Part shown: in pieces, positions 48,301-58,058 of the stretch
How positions within the stretch are numbered: the stretch's first letter is position 1
Layout of the letters: every line of letters starts with the position of its first letter
Source of the DNA: Myxococcota bacterium
GTDB lineage: Bacteria > Myxococcota_A > SURF-8
DNA length: 64,000 nucleotides
Assembly: GCA_963674735.2 (NCBI GenBank)
Contig: CAXXQS010000001.1
Coordinates: 416,001 to 480,000, forward strand
Direction of reading: 5' to 3'
Notes under the pieces: model-generated
What the model saw: only the letters and a program-made list of their open reading frames with translations
What the model was told of the DNA's origin: nothing
Databases searched by the model: none
Program-made: the position numbers and the translations under genes

Positions 48301-49376
48301 GGCTTGTCCATCTTGTGAAGGGCTTCTTCCGACAAGGCGAAGTGGTCGGTCATGCCGGAGAGATAGTCGCACAAGTCGAGATAGCCTTCACGGTCGTTCG
48401 GATCGAGTTTTCGGCGCTCGGCCTCCATCTTGAAAAGGCCTTGCAACAATTCCGCGCCGCGTAGCGTTTCTTGTTTCAAACTGGCATCCAGATACATGTT
48501 CTTTCGCAGAAAAGCGGCCAATTCGCCGTAAAGGGGTCGCATTTCGTCCGAAAGTCCTATCGCGTGTATGACTGCATTGCGGCTGGCCTGCGGACCTCCG
48601 GCCTGTTCGACCTTTTCTTTGGTATGGGTGATGGCATCGGCGACCAGCGTTGAAACGAGGTTGCGGACGCAAACGCTAATTGCGATACGCGGGTCTTCGA
48701 CTTGTGTCGGTAAACAACGCTTCACCAGTGTCAGCGGGAGTGCATGCAGGTCTGCGATGCTCAGATCGTGATAGCGTGCGTAGTCGTCGAAATCGGTGGC
48801 GGTGTAAGCCAGATCATCCGCCAGGTGGGCGACCGCCGCTTCTGCACTATCGAAGCGGGAAAGATCGTCAAAACGGTACAACTCGCGGAGGTAGGTTCGT
48901 GCGGCTGCGCCTTTGGCCAAACCGACCAGAGTTTCGAAGGTCAGGTTCAGGCCGGGGAAGCGGTCGGATTTGATCTCGTTGAAGATGACGATCCGCAGAT
49001 TTTGAAAGTTGTGATCGAAGCCGCCGTAGTTCTCCATCAAACCGTCCAGGATATCTTCGCCCTGATGGCCGAAGGGAGGATGTCCCAGGTCGTGAGCCAG
49101 AGCAATCGCTTCGGCCAATTCACTGTTCAGATGCAACTGAGAAGCCGTCACCCGTGCGATCTGCGCCGTCTCGAGGGTATGGGTCAGACGGTTTCGGTAG
49201 TGGTCACCTTCATATGGCGAGAAAACCTGCGTTTTGAAGGCCAGTCGACGAAAGGCTTTGCTGTAAAGAATCCGTCCGATATCACGCTGAAAATCGGACC
49301 GATAGGGATCCGGCTCTGTCGGATAGCGACGCCCTTGCGACTCACGAACGGCATAATCGGCTAGTACATATGGCAA
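48297..49376 (-). CDS. dgt: Deoxyguanosinetriphosphate triphosphohydrolase (HD superfamily)
   Basis: RSDFQRD..RI..SKAFRRLAFKTQVF, RNRLTHTLE, AHDLGHPPFGH, ADDLAY, DYLSGMTD. Confidence 0.92.
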   Translation of the reverse strand: MPYVLADYAVRESQGRRYPTEPDPYRSDFQRDIGRILYSKAFRRLAFKTQVFSPYEGDHYRNRLTHTLETAQIARVTASQLHLNSELAEAIALAHDLGHPPFGHQGEDILDGLMENYGGFDHNFQNLRIVIFNEIKSDRFPGLNLTFETLVGLAKGAAARTYLRELYRFDDLSRFDSAEAAVAHLADDLAYTATDFDDYARYHDLSIADLHALPLTLVKRCLPTQVEDPRIAISVCVRNLVSTLVADAITHTKEKVEQAGGPQASRNAVIHAIGLSDEMRPLYGELAAFLRKNMYLDASLKQETLRGAELLQGLFKMEAERRKLDPNDREGYLDLCDYLSGMTDHFALSEEALHKMDKP

Positions 49377-49377
49377 T

Positions 49378-51021
49378 TTAAGGTTTTCCTTTGCCTTTTA
49401 AGAACGTCCAGGTCAAACCGGATGACCCGGTCAAGAATAAAGCCAAAGCGAGAACGCCCGCAAGGCCGAAATGGTCGTGATTGCTCACCAGGCCCAGGCC
49501 GATTACACCGCCGACCGTCAGAATGGCGGAGGTGATACGCCAGCTTTCCTGGGTGACGCGGTTGAGCAGGATCGGATCCCGCAGGCGGGCATCCACCACC
49601 AGACCGCCGGATTCGGCGCGGCTCAGGATGCTCTGCAACTGGCTGGGCAGGTCGCGTCCCAGATCGGCCATATCGCGCAGGGTACCGACCAGATCGACCA
49701 GCAGTCGTTCCGGCTTGTAGCGTTCGATAACGATGGTACGGGCAAATTCCGATGCGGCATCGATAACGTCGAAATCCGGATCGAGATCGCGACCCATCCC
49801 GTCGAGGGTGATGATGGCTTTGAACAGCAGGAGCAGTTCTTGGGGAAGTTGCAGGCGGTGGCGTCGTGCGACATTCCCCAGTTCGAGGAGCAGTTCGGCC
49901 GAGTTGATTTGCTTGAGCGACAACCCCATCAAGGGTTCGAGTACCTGCTGCAGATCGCGGGCCAGGCGCACGCTTGAAATATCGGCCGAGCGAACGCCGC
50001 CGAATCGTGTGTAAGTGCGTGCCACACCTTCGAAATCGCGCCTTACCAACGAGATGAACAAGCTGGCGCTGGTTTCGATCATGCGGTCATCCAGGCGTCC
50101 GGCGATGCCGAAATCGATCAACCCGATGGTTTCTTCTTCGAGAACGAGGATGTTGCCGCCATGAATATCTCCGTGGAAAAAGCCGTCGATGAAGACCATT
50201 TTCATGAAGGTCTGCACGCCGACATTGGCCAGCTTTTTCAAATCCCAACCCGTTTGACGCAGGCGTTCCTGGTCGCGCAGGGGAATGCCGTCCAGAAAGC
50301 CCATGATCAAAACGCGTTTCCCGGTGAAGGCCCAGTGCACCTGCGGAATAACGACGTGGGGATCGTCTTTGAAGTTGCGGTGGAATTGCTCGATGTTTTG
50401 CGCTTCCCGGATGAAGTCCAGTTCGAAACGGGTGACGCTGGCGAATTCCTCCACGATCGCCGTGGGTTGCACGACGGCGAGCGCGCTGACATAGCGTTCG
50501 ATCAAGTTGGCCAGGGCGAACAGAATGGACAGGTCGGTTTCGATGATCTGCTCGATTCCCGGACGTCGAACTTTGACCACCACCTGCGAGCCGTCGTGCA
50601 AAGTCGCCCGATGGGCTTGCGCAATGGACGCGGCCCCGAGAGGATCGGGATCCAGCGAGGCGAAGACTTCGTCCAGAGGAATATCGAGCTCTTTGGTGAT
50701 TTGACGATGCACGGCGTCAAGCGGGATCGGCTTGACCTGATCTTGGAGTTTGCGGAATTCCAGCACGAATTCGCTTGGAATCAGGTCGGGTCTGACCGAC
50801 AACATCTGGCCGAGCTTGATGAACGTGGGTCCCAGTTCCTCAAACGCCATGCGCAAGCGAACGGCGGGTGAGCGGTTGGTGCGGTTGGAATCCGAATGTT
50901 GGAAGGGGATCAGACGGTCCAGGCCGATATCGTTTAGAATATTCTGAAAGCCGTAACTGGCGAAGATCGTCCCGATCTGTTGCAGCCGTTTGATGTTTTT
51001 AAAGGTCTGATTTATTTTCAT
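49378..51021 (-). CDS. AarF/UbiB/ABC1 atypical kinase
   Basis: ELGPTFIKLGQMLS.RPDL, AASIAQAHRA, VVKVRRP, GFFHGDIHGGN, IDFG; C-terminal TMs. Confidence 0.92.
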   Translation of the reverse strand: MKINQTFKNIKRLQQIGTIFASYGFQNILNDIGLDRLIPFQHSDSNRTNRSPAVRLRMAFEELGPTFIKLGQMLSVRPDLIPSEFVLEFRKLQDQVKPIPLDAVHRQITKELDIPLDEVFASLDPDPLGAASIAQAHRATLHDGSQVVVKVRRPGIEQIIETDLSILFALANLIERYVSALAVVQPTAIVEEFASVTRFELDFIREAQNIEQFHRNFKDDPHVVIPQVHWAFTGKRVLIMGFLDGIPLRDQERLRQTGWDLKKLANVGVQTFMKMVFIDGFFHGDIHGGNILVLEEETIGLIDFGIAGRLDDRMIETSASLFISLVRRDFEGVARTYTRFGGVRSADISSVRLARDLQQVLEPLMGLSLKQINSAELLLELGNVARRHRLQLPQELLLLFKAIITLDGMGRDLDPDFDVIDAASEFARTIVIERYKPERLLVDLVGTLRDMADLGRDLPSQLQSILSRAESGGLVVDARLRDPILLNRVTQESWRITSAILTVGGVIGLGLVSNHDHFGLAGVLALALFLTGSSGLTWTFLKGKGKP

Positions 51022-51342
51022 TGTTTTTTCCAATCAGAACAAGGTTTGTCATTCTATCATGTCTATTCATCCTCTCCAACAGGCTTTTCTCTTTTTCCCT
51101 ATGAAATCAGTTACCTATAACAGACCAGTTAGAAAATCCTTCCCAAAGTTCTTTTTTCGTTGGAAAAATGCAAGATGATATTCTCCGCCGCAACCAATTA
51201 CTGTTGGACTTTTACGATGAGGCAATTCGCTTGACACATACAAAAAACCAAATTATTATAAATGTTTATTGCGGTTTTCGATTCCAATTCTTCGAATGCT
51301 CGGATTCGCAAAACGGCGATTGGTAGACCCGAGGAGGTAGCA

Positions 51343-53289
51343 ATGAAATTGAAGCAGTTATGGATGAGCACGATTTTATTGGCTGGTATCGTGTTGCTGA
51401 TCAGCGCCTGTGGAAGCAGCGCGGATCCCTCCGAAGACGGAGACAGCTCCTGTGATCCGGCTTGTGAGTTCGGGTACACCTGCTACGATGGTAAATGTGT
51501 ATATTTCGAGCCGACCGATGGCGATACGCCGACCGATGGCGATACGCCAACCGATGGCGACACACCGACCGATGGCGATAACCCGACCGATGGCGATGAT
51601 CCCGATGGCGATGATCCCGACGGTGATGATCCCGACGGCGATATCCCCACCGATGGCGATTACGACTATGCCGAACCGGATCTGGAATTCGATTACGAAC
51701 TTGTCGCCTGTGACAGTAATCCCGGTTTGAGCTATCCTTCGCTGGTGGCGCGACCCAATCAAGCCGACTTCGGAGCCGTTCCCATCGGAGAATCCAAGGT
51801 GGTCGAGTTGGTTCTGTGCAATGCGGGTGGCCAGGATCTGACGATTTCGGGACTCCAGTTTACAATGGACACGAGCCCGGAATTCTACAAGTATCACGGG
51901 GCTTTGAATGATAGCTCCTACAATCCGATTCCCAGTGGTTATGCCATGGTGGTCTTTTTGGTCTACGTACCCGTCAATGCCCAGGCGGATACCGGTACGT
52001 TGAAAGTCTTGTCCGATGACCCGAATACACCGTCGGTGGAGATTCCCTTGGTTTCATCGGTGAAACCGACTCCGATCATCGAAGCCACCCCGCATGTCAT
52101 GCAGTTCGCCGGTGCCCAGTCCAGCCAGACGATTACCAAAGTGGTGGAATTGAAAAACGTCGGAAACGCCTCTACCGCCATTCTTGATCTTTCGGTTGTC
52201 GGGGGAGCATCTTCTCCTTACCAGGTTCTGGAGGTCACCAAGGGCGGCCAGGGATCGGCTTCGAATGCGCCGTGGTCGCTCGCGCAGGATGAGTTCGTTC
52301 ATGCGACGGTTGCCATGACCATGGGAGATTCGGGAGTGGATGACGAGTTGGTCGCCACCTGGACCACGGACAGCGGTAATCGGGAGACGCGTGTTACGTT
52401 GACCACCGGTGGCATGGCCATCTGCGCCGTTCCGGTGGCCGAGCCGGATCAAACCGTGCGTCCGCTCGATACCGTGTATCTCGATGGAACGCATTCATAC
52501 GATGACAACGGCATCATCACCGAGTACAAATGGGAATGGGAAACCAAGCCGGTGGATGCTTATCGCGCCATCATCAAAGATTCCAGCGGAGACAGCATTC
52601 AGGGAGTCTGGACCACGGAAGCCAACCCGAATTTCTATGCGGAATTGGCCGGTACCTACGTGGTGCGCCTGACGGTCAAAGACGAGGAAGATGAAGACTG
52701 TACGGGATTGAACAGCGATACGGTGACCATTGTTGCCGTGCCGGACGAAACCATTCACGTGCAGTTGATGTGGTCGACAGCAGGGAACGATCACGATCTG
52801 CATCTGATCAAGCCGGGCGGTTATCACTCACGGGATTGTTCAAGTGCGAATAACCAAACGGATTGTTGTTGGCAGAACTGTGACACGGATCATGGGGCGA
52901 ACCCGAGTTGCCCGGCGCGCGGATGTCCCGGACCGTCCAATGCACCCGATTGGGGACAGACCGGTAGCCGGGATGACGACCCGACCCTTGACATCGATGA
53001 TGTTCCCATGCGGGGACCGGAAAACATCAACTTGTCTCTGCCGGAGCTGGGCGACTACCGGATCAGTGTCGAAAACTATTCCGGTGGCACCAACGTTACC
53101 GTAACCGTGCGCATCTGGATCTTCGGTACTTTACAGGGTACGTTCCGTTACGGGCCTCCCGCGACGGCCGGATTCGCGTCCGGAAATCACTGGAACGTCT
53201 GTCTGGTGCGAGTTGAGTCGGCTTCCAACATCTACATCGTTCCCCAGGAACAAGATCCCGACTTCGGTACGGTGCAGCCGTCCAATTAA
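51343..53289 (+). CDS. Surface lipoprotein: DGD stalk, two ASH/choice-of-anchor-D-like Ig domains, PKD-like domain, C-terminal YfaP/DUF2135-like domain
   Basis: GAGGAGG RBS, lipobox ISAC; DFGAVPIG...CNAGGQDLTI; LDGTHSYD...YKWEW...AGTYVVRLTV; VQLMW...DHDLHL...LDIDD...GPENI. Confidence 0.8.
   Translation: MKLKQLWMSTILLAGIVLLISACGSSADPSEDGDSSCDPACEFGYTCYDGKCVYFEPTDGDTPTDGDTPTDGDTPTDGDNPTDGDDPDGDDPDGDDPDGDIPTDGDYDYAEPDLEFDYELVACDSNPGLSYPSLVARPNQADFGAVPIGESKVVELVLCNAGGQDLTISGLQFTMDTSPEFYKYHGALNDSSYNPIPSGYAMVVFLVYVPVNAQADTGTLKVLSDDPNTPSVEIPLVSSVKPTPIIEATPHVMQFAGAQSSQTITKVVELKNVGNASTAILDLSVVGGASSPYQVLEVTKGGQGSASNAPWSLAQDEFVHATVAMTMGDSGVDDELVATWTTDSGNRETRVTLTTGGMAICAVPVAEPDQTVRPLDTVYLDGTHSYDDNGIITEYKWEWETKPVDAYRAIIKDSSGDSIQGVWTTEANPNFYAELAGTYVVRLTVKDEEDEDCTGLNSDTVTIVAVPDETIHVQLMWSTAGNDHDLHLIKPGGYHSRDCSSANNQTDCCWQNCDTDHGANPSCPARGCPGPSNAPDWGQTGSRDDDPTLDIDDVPMRGPENINLSLPELGDYRISVENYSGGTNVTVTVRIWIFGTLQGTFRYGPPATAGFASGNHWNVCLVRVESASNIYIVPQEQDPDFGTVQPSN
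51512..51662 (+). repeat. Coding tandem repeats, 18-bp (PTDGDT) and 15-bp (PDGDD) units
   Basis: ccgaccgatggcgatacg-type units followed by cccgatggcgatgat-type units. Confidence 0.9.
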
Positions 53290-53314
53290 GCTCCTGAAAA
53301 TCAGGTCACTCATG

Positions 53315-53341
53315 CGGCTCGCCTTTGGGCGGGCCGTTTTT
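53315..53341 (+). terminator. Rho-independent terminator
   Basis: CGGCTCGCC-loop-GGCGGGCCG-TTTTT between convergent genes. Confidence 0.7.
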
Positions 53342-53368
53342 CGTTGTACGTATTGCGGATACCGAGGC

Positions 53369-54661
53369 TTAGCCCGACGTCCAGTCGGCCAGTCTTTCCA
53401 CCGCCTCGACCGTGTTGCCGCACCATTTAGTGACGAAAGAAGCTGGAAGCGGCTGATCGAGCGGGATGGTTTCGCTGGCGGCCAGAGCTTCCGCTCCGTT
53501 GAAATTGACGAATGCCAGACGGGCTGTGAGTTCGCTTGGTGGGCGCTGAAAGTCGGCCCCCGGTAGAATGGCGACGCCGGTATCGTTCAACAGGTGGTGG
53601 CACAGATCGGCACTGTCGGTGATTCCACGTTTGGAAAGCTTTTCCGCAAGTGGCGTGAAATCGGGAAAAAGGTAGAAGGCTCCATCGGGCTTATGGCAGC
53701 GAATTCCGGCTTGCGTGAGAATTTCCGTTAAACAGGTGGCTAACGCGTCGAGGATACGCCGGATGTGCCAGAGATAGCGTTCGATTCGCAAGCCACCCTG
53801 AAACGCTTTGACGGCCGCATATTGAATCGGAGCCGAAACGGAGGTGTAGGTTTCGCTGGCTACCGCCGAAATCGCTTCCAACAGATAACTCAGGTTTGGA
53901 GGAAAAGAGAAGGTGCCGAGCCGCCAGCCGCCTGCCCCGCACCATTTGGACAAGCCGGAACTGATAATCGTGCGTTCCGGGTAATAGCGGGCGATCGAGA
54001 TGTGTTCACCCTTGTAATGAAGCTGGCCGTAGATCTCGTCCGATAGCACAATCACTTCGTATTTGCGGGCGACCTCGGCGATGGCCTGTAGCTCTTCCGG
54101 TTTGAAGGTTCCACCATCCGGATTGGACGGGTAGTTCAAAACCAGCAGGCGCGGGCGATAGGTGTCCTGTTCGCTCTCGAAGGTCTCGTCCAATTGCTCC
54201 GGCAAGGTACGCCAGCGGGTATCGAAGCTTGTTGGAAAGGTCTGGACGCTCCGACCGATGATGCGGGCCTGCGGCACATACGAAACCCAACAGGGAGTAG
54301 GGATGTAGATTTCACCGTAGAAAACCAACTGGAGCAGAAACATCAGCTCTTTCGATCCCGGTCCGATGAGGGTGTGCTGGGGTTGGACGTTCAGTCCGTC
54401 TTTTTGTCTGTGAAAGTGTGCGACCGCTCCGCGCAGTTCCCGTAAGCCTTCGACCGGCAGGTAGTCTTTTTCGTGGGCGTGCTCCTTCAAGGAATCCACC
54501 ACCGGCGGCGGAACCGGGAAGGGAGATTGTCCGAGGCCGAGGCGGTAGACGCGGCGGCCTTGGCTCTGAAGCGTTCTGGATTGTTCGTTGATAAAGAGGG
54601 TTGGAGATTTGTTCAACCCGCGAATACTCATGTTCAGGCTGACTCGACCGTTCAACGCCAT
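53369..54661 (-). CDS. Class I/II PLP-dependent aminotransferase (aspartate aminotransferase-like)
   Basis: LGLGQSPFP, GPGSKE, NYPSNPDG, SDEIY, SGLSKWCGAGGWRLG and GAFYLF motifs. Confidence 0.93.
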   Translation of the reverse strand: MALNGRVSLNMSIRGLNKSPTLFINEQSRTLQSQGRRVYRLGLGQSPFPVPPPVVDSLKEHAHEKDYLPVEGLRELRGAVAHFHRQKDGLNVQPQHTLIGPGSKELMFLLQLVFYGEIYIPTPCWVSYVPQARIIGRSVQTFPTSFDTRWRTLPEQLDETFESEQDTYRPRLLVLNYPSNPDGGTFKPEELQAIAEVARKYEVIVLSDEIYGQLHYKGEHISIARYYPERTIISSGLSKWCGAGGWRLGTFSFPPNLSYLLEAISAVASETYTSVSAPIQYAAVKAFQGGLRIERYLWHIRRILDALATCLTEILTQAGIRCHKPDGAFYLFPDFTPLAEKLSKRGITDSADLCHHLLNDTGVAILPGADFQRPPSELTARLAFVNFNGAEALAASETIPLDQPLPASFVTKWCGNTVEAVERLADWTSG

Positions 54662-54770
54662 ATTTACCTCCACGAAAGGGGGCAGAGTCGCGGACGAGAA
54701 GATCCATAAGCATAATCTTGTAGAATTATAGCATGGTTAGAGACGAGATAAAACCGGAAATGACAGGCTC

Positions 54771-56126
54771 TTACAGGCAGTCGTCCATCAGAACTTCCCA
54801 TATCTCAAGTCCTGTACGGCCGTTGCAGTGGTAGCATTGAGCCGTCCCGATGAAGAAGCGGTCGCCATAGACCGACATGGCCGGGAAACCGTAGTTGTCA
54901 GCGTTGTTGATACCGGGCCCGGCCCAGCGCTCTTCGGGGCCGATCATTTCAGCGAAATCGAGTCCGTTCGTGGATAAAAACACGCTGCTACCTTCTCCGA
55001 AGGCATCGAGCAGGCTGCCGGTATTGAAGGTGCCCAGGAAAAGATAGCGGTCGGCGTGAGCGAAGGTCCAACCATAGGCCAGGCGGCTGTTGCCGAATCC
55101 ATCCTCGCCCAGTTGTTCGATGTTGATGCCGTCGTCGGTGGTGAAAATGCCGAATCCGCTCAGAACGTTACTGGTGACCATCAGCATGCTGCGGTCGTAG
55201 GTGGTCATGGCGCTGATGCCGTTGTGGCCCAAGGGGAAAGATTGGTAGTCGCCGATACCCAGGATACGGGTAAAGGTTTCACCGGTAAAACGGTAGAGCT
55301 CCGGTCCCGAGGCGCTGGTCGTGCCGACGAAAATGAAGCCCTTGTAAGGCGTCATGGCGCTGATGCTGTAGTTGGTCGGGTTTTCGAGGCCGCCACTGCC
55401 TTTCAGCTGCACTTGTCGTTCTTTTATGCGGTAGACTTCTCCGCCGCTCGACCGGTTCTCGGTGCCGACGAACAGCGCTTCGCTATAGGCGACAGCCGAT
55501 TTAATGACGGTGTTGTCGGGATTGCCCAAGCCGTTGCGGGAAGCCGCCGTCCAGTTCTCGCCGTTTTTCGTCATCCATACTTCCGCGCCTGTATTGAAGT
55601 TGGCGGTACCGGCGTAGAGAATGTCGTCAACGACGGTGAGAGTGGTGATGGCCACGTTGGCCGGACGTTCGAAACCGTTGTCGATCACCTGTTCCCAGGC
55701 TTCACCATCGTAAGCCCAGATTTCGGCTCCTTCCGAATAACTGGGGTCGAGCGACAGAAAACTTCCGCCCTCGCCGTTGAACGTGCCCACGTACAGCCGT
55801 CCGTTGAACTCGGCCATGGCGTAAGCATACATATTCAGCGGGTCGCCAAAGCCGTTTTCAGACACTTTCCGCAGGCATTGCAGGGTGGCATCCCCATCCG
55901 TGGGGTCATCCCCATCCAGGGGGTTGTCGCCGTCGGCGGGTACATCCCCGTCAAGTGGGCTGTCGCTGTCTCCGTCGCTGGCGGTTTCCGTGTCGCCATC
56001 GAGGCTGGCATCCGATTTCGGATCGGTATCGGCGTATTCGTAGAGGGATGCAGGGGTATCGTTGCAGGCCGCGAGCGCAAAACCCAGCCAAATCAACACA
56101 CATGCAAAGCAAACGACCTGTTTCAT
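54771..56126 (-). CDS. Lipoprotein with DGD stalk and probable beta-propeller
   Basis: Lipobox LAAC; ~50-aa repeats N/D-GFG-x3-N...F.G.LY.GT.N...GAE.W. Confidence 0.75.
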   Translation of the reverse strand: MKQVVCFACVLIWLGFALAACNDTPASLYEYADTDPKSDASLDGDTETASDGDSDSPLDGDVPADGDNPLDGDDPTDGDATLQCLRKVSENGFGDPLNMYAYAMAEFNGRLYVGTFNGEGGSFLSLDPSYSEGAEIWAYDGEAWEQVIDNGFERPANVAITTLTVVDDILYAGTANFNTGAEVWMTKNGENWTAASRNGLGNPDNTVIKSAVAYSEALFVGTENRSSGGEVYRIKERQVQLKGSGGLENPTNYSISAMTPYKGFIFVGTTSASGPELYRFTGETFTRILGIGDYQSFPLGHNGISAMTTYDRSMLMVTSNVLSGFGIFTTDDGINIEQLGEDGFGNSRLAYGWTFAHADRYLFLGTFNTGSLLDAFGEGSSVFLSTNGLDFAEMIGPEERWAGPGINNADNYGFPAMSVYGDRFFIGTAQCYHCNGRTGLEIWEVLMDDCL

Positions 56127-56229
56127 CACGCAAATCCCTTTCATCGGCTGATCGCTCCCAGAATAGAAAGGGGAGCGTAGAAAGTCAAGCGATAGCCAAA
56201 CCGAAGCGTGATTCTTTCTCCCGGAATAA

Positions 56230-56386
56230 TGCGTAGCGTTAGATAATCCAGTGTGCACCGAATCAATATGTTTACTGTGGATGCTATGCGTTAACTTCTC
56301 AATATACTGAAATAAGAAATAAATACTACAAATTATTGCACTGCGCTAAAAATATGCTTGACAATGACAATGCGCTGCGTTATTTT
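56230..56386 (+). promoter_or_regulatory. Sigma70 promoter (TTGACA-17-TATTTT, 56358-56386) with four TGC-N3-GCG boxes
   Basis: TGCGTAGCG (56230), TGCTATGCG (56282), TGCACTGCG (56337) and TGCGCTGCG (56371, inside the -35/-10 spacer). Confidence 0.6.
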
Positions 56387-56439
56387 CGTTTTAAAGAAAA
56401 TGCGGGGAGACGGTGGCAGACATTCAAGGAGAGATAACC

Positions 56440-56808
56440 ATGACCATCAGTGAACTTTCCCAGACGGTGGAAAAGCGGGCGAAGGCCGTTATCAAAGATG
56501 TAGAAGACGGATTCAAGAAAATCGAAGATAAAGCTCAGCCGCGCTGGCAAGAGGTGCAGGAACGCATCGAAAAGACCTTCGATACGGACAAGCTCGCCGA
56601 AGTTACCCGTTACAATGAATTCAAAGAGAAAGTGGCCGAGCAGCGCAAGCAACTTCAAGAGCGTGGATCGAACTGGGTGGAGGAACAGTATTCCAACCTG
56701 CTCGAACGGCTCGGCATCGCCACGCGGGACGAACTCGAAGTTTTGCGCCGGAAGCTGTCTACCTTGCAGCGCAAGCTCAATGACGTGAAGAAAAGCGTCG
56801 CCAACTAA
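56440..56808 (+). CDS. Phasin-like (PHA-granule-associated, PhaF/PhaI-type) coiled-coil protein
   Basis: AAGGAG RBS; C-terminal LERLGIATRDELEVLRRKLSTL motif typical of this family. Confidence 0.65.
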   Translation: MTISELSQTVEKRAKAVIKDVEDGFKKIEDKAQPRWQEVQERIEKTFDTDKLAEVTRYNEFKEKVAEQRKQLQERGSNWVEEQYSNLLERLGIATRDELEVLRRKLSTLQRKLNDVKKSVAN

Positions 56809-56946
56809 ACGCGAGAGATGGTTCCGGATTACCTTGTGTGGGTCGAGGTTTACCGGGTTTTGATCCCTTTTCCTTTGGGGGAACGAGGGGCGTCGCGGGG
56901 GGAAAAGGATTGACAAAGGGCGCTCCGATCGGTTAAGAATGGACTC

Positions 56947-57077
56947 TGGAAAGGGTGATCCGAGAGCTTATTCAGCGATGGATGCCCTCGGTCGTTAGCC
57001 TACAGCTAATTGAAATTGTTGCCTTTTCCAACTTTCCTCCCTTCTGGGGTGCTTTGCCGGGCGCCCCAGATTTTTTT
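56947..57077 (+). ncRNA. Candidate structured small RNA or leader ending in an intrinsic terminator
   Basis: Upstream TTGACA (56910) and TAAGAAT; 9-bp closing stem TGGAAAGGG/CCTTTTCCA; internal hairpins; unpaired ACTTTCCTCCCT; terminator TCTGGGGTGC/GCGCCCCAGA + T7. No known family recognised. Confidence 0.4.
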
Positions 57078-57107
57078 ATAACCTACGGGTAGTACTAGGG
57101 TATCGAT

Positions 57108-57869
57108 ATGTCGGCCGACCTACTCAAGAATATCGCCATCGTTCTCGTTGAACCTCTCGTTCCCGCCAATATCGGGGCCGCCTGTCGGGCCATGAAAAAC
57201 ATGGGGTTGCACGACCTGCGGCTGGTGCATCCTCCCTTGGATCGTAAAAAAGAAGCGCATAAGCTGGCCCATGGCGCAACGGATGTCCTGGAGTCGGCTC
57301 GACGAGTTTTCGAGCTGGACGAGGCCATCAACGATGTGAACTTCCTGGTCGGGACCACCGCCCGTCTGGGGGGCTGGCGAACGGATGTCACTCAACCACG
57401 TGAAATCGCGCCCCGGCTTTGCGATATCGCTCGCCAGAACAAGGTCGCGATCTTGTTCGGTTCGGAGGACCGTGGGCTTTCGAATGAAACAATCGCCTGT
57501 TGCCAGGCTCTACTTCATATCCCGACCAGCCGCGAACATACTTCCTTGAATCTGGCTCAGGCGGTGTTGCTGGTCGGCTACGAGCTGATGATATCCCAGT
57601 TTCCGGCCGATGCCCGCTCGCCCAAACTGGCGAGCATCAAGCATGTCGAAGCCATGTTTGAGGATCTCAGCCAGGTTCTTCAGATGATCGACTTTCTCAA
57701 ACCGGGAAATCCCGATTATTGGATGCTTGCCTTGCGCCGGTTGTTGGGACGCACCGGCCTGACGCAAAGCGATATCAATCTCTTCCGCGGTATCTGTCGC
57801 CAGGTTCGTTGGGTGCATTCCTTGGTTCCATCCAGAAATGTTCAGCCCGACGATTCCGAAGTGGCTTGA
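57108..57869 (+). CDS. trmJ: SpoU-family RNA 2'-O-methyltransferase (TrmJ/LasT type)
   Basis: IVLVEP..PANIGAACRAMKNMG, VGTTAR, ILFGSEDRGLSN, SLNLAQAV...YEL. Confidence 0.85.
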   Translation: MSADLLKNIAIVLVEPLVPANIGAACRAMKNMGLHDLRLVHPPLDRKKEAHKLAHGATDVLESARRVFELDEAINDVNFLVGTTARLGGWRTDVTQPREIAPRLCDIARQNKVAILFGSEDRGLSNETIACCQALLHIPTSREHTSLNLAQAVLLVGYELMISQFPADARSPKLASIKHVEAMFEDLSQVLQMIDFLKPGNPDYWMLALRRLLGRTGLTQSDINLFRGICRQVRWVHSLVPSRNVQPDDSEVA

Positions 57870-58058
57870 GCCGGACAAACACGCCCGTGTTTGCACCGAA
57901 CCGTCAAGTTTGTTTGACACCTACTCGGTGCGTCTATTCTAGGAACATTAGTTATAACAGTGTGTTGGATGGCAATTGAAGTTGGCATTCATCTTGCGAA
58001 TCGTTGAACGTATACGGAACGTCAATTCCAAACGAGATGAAAAAGGAGCCTAAAAGTC

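Noticed and set aside
48297-49376. dGTPase as an anti-phage nucleotide-depletion system
   Set aside because: Host-like composition, embedded in a housekeeping-type operon, with ordinary Dgt motifs and no defence neighbours.
36140-51662. Short tandem repeats (36140, 47286, 51512) as CRISPR arrays
   Set aside because: They are in-frame coding repeats with no unique spacers, and no cas genes are present.
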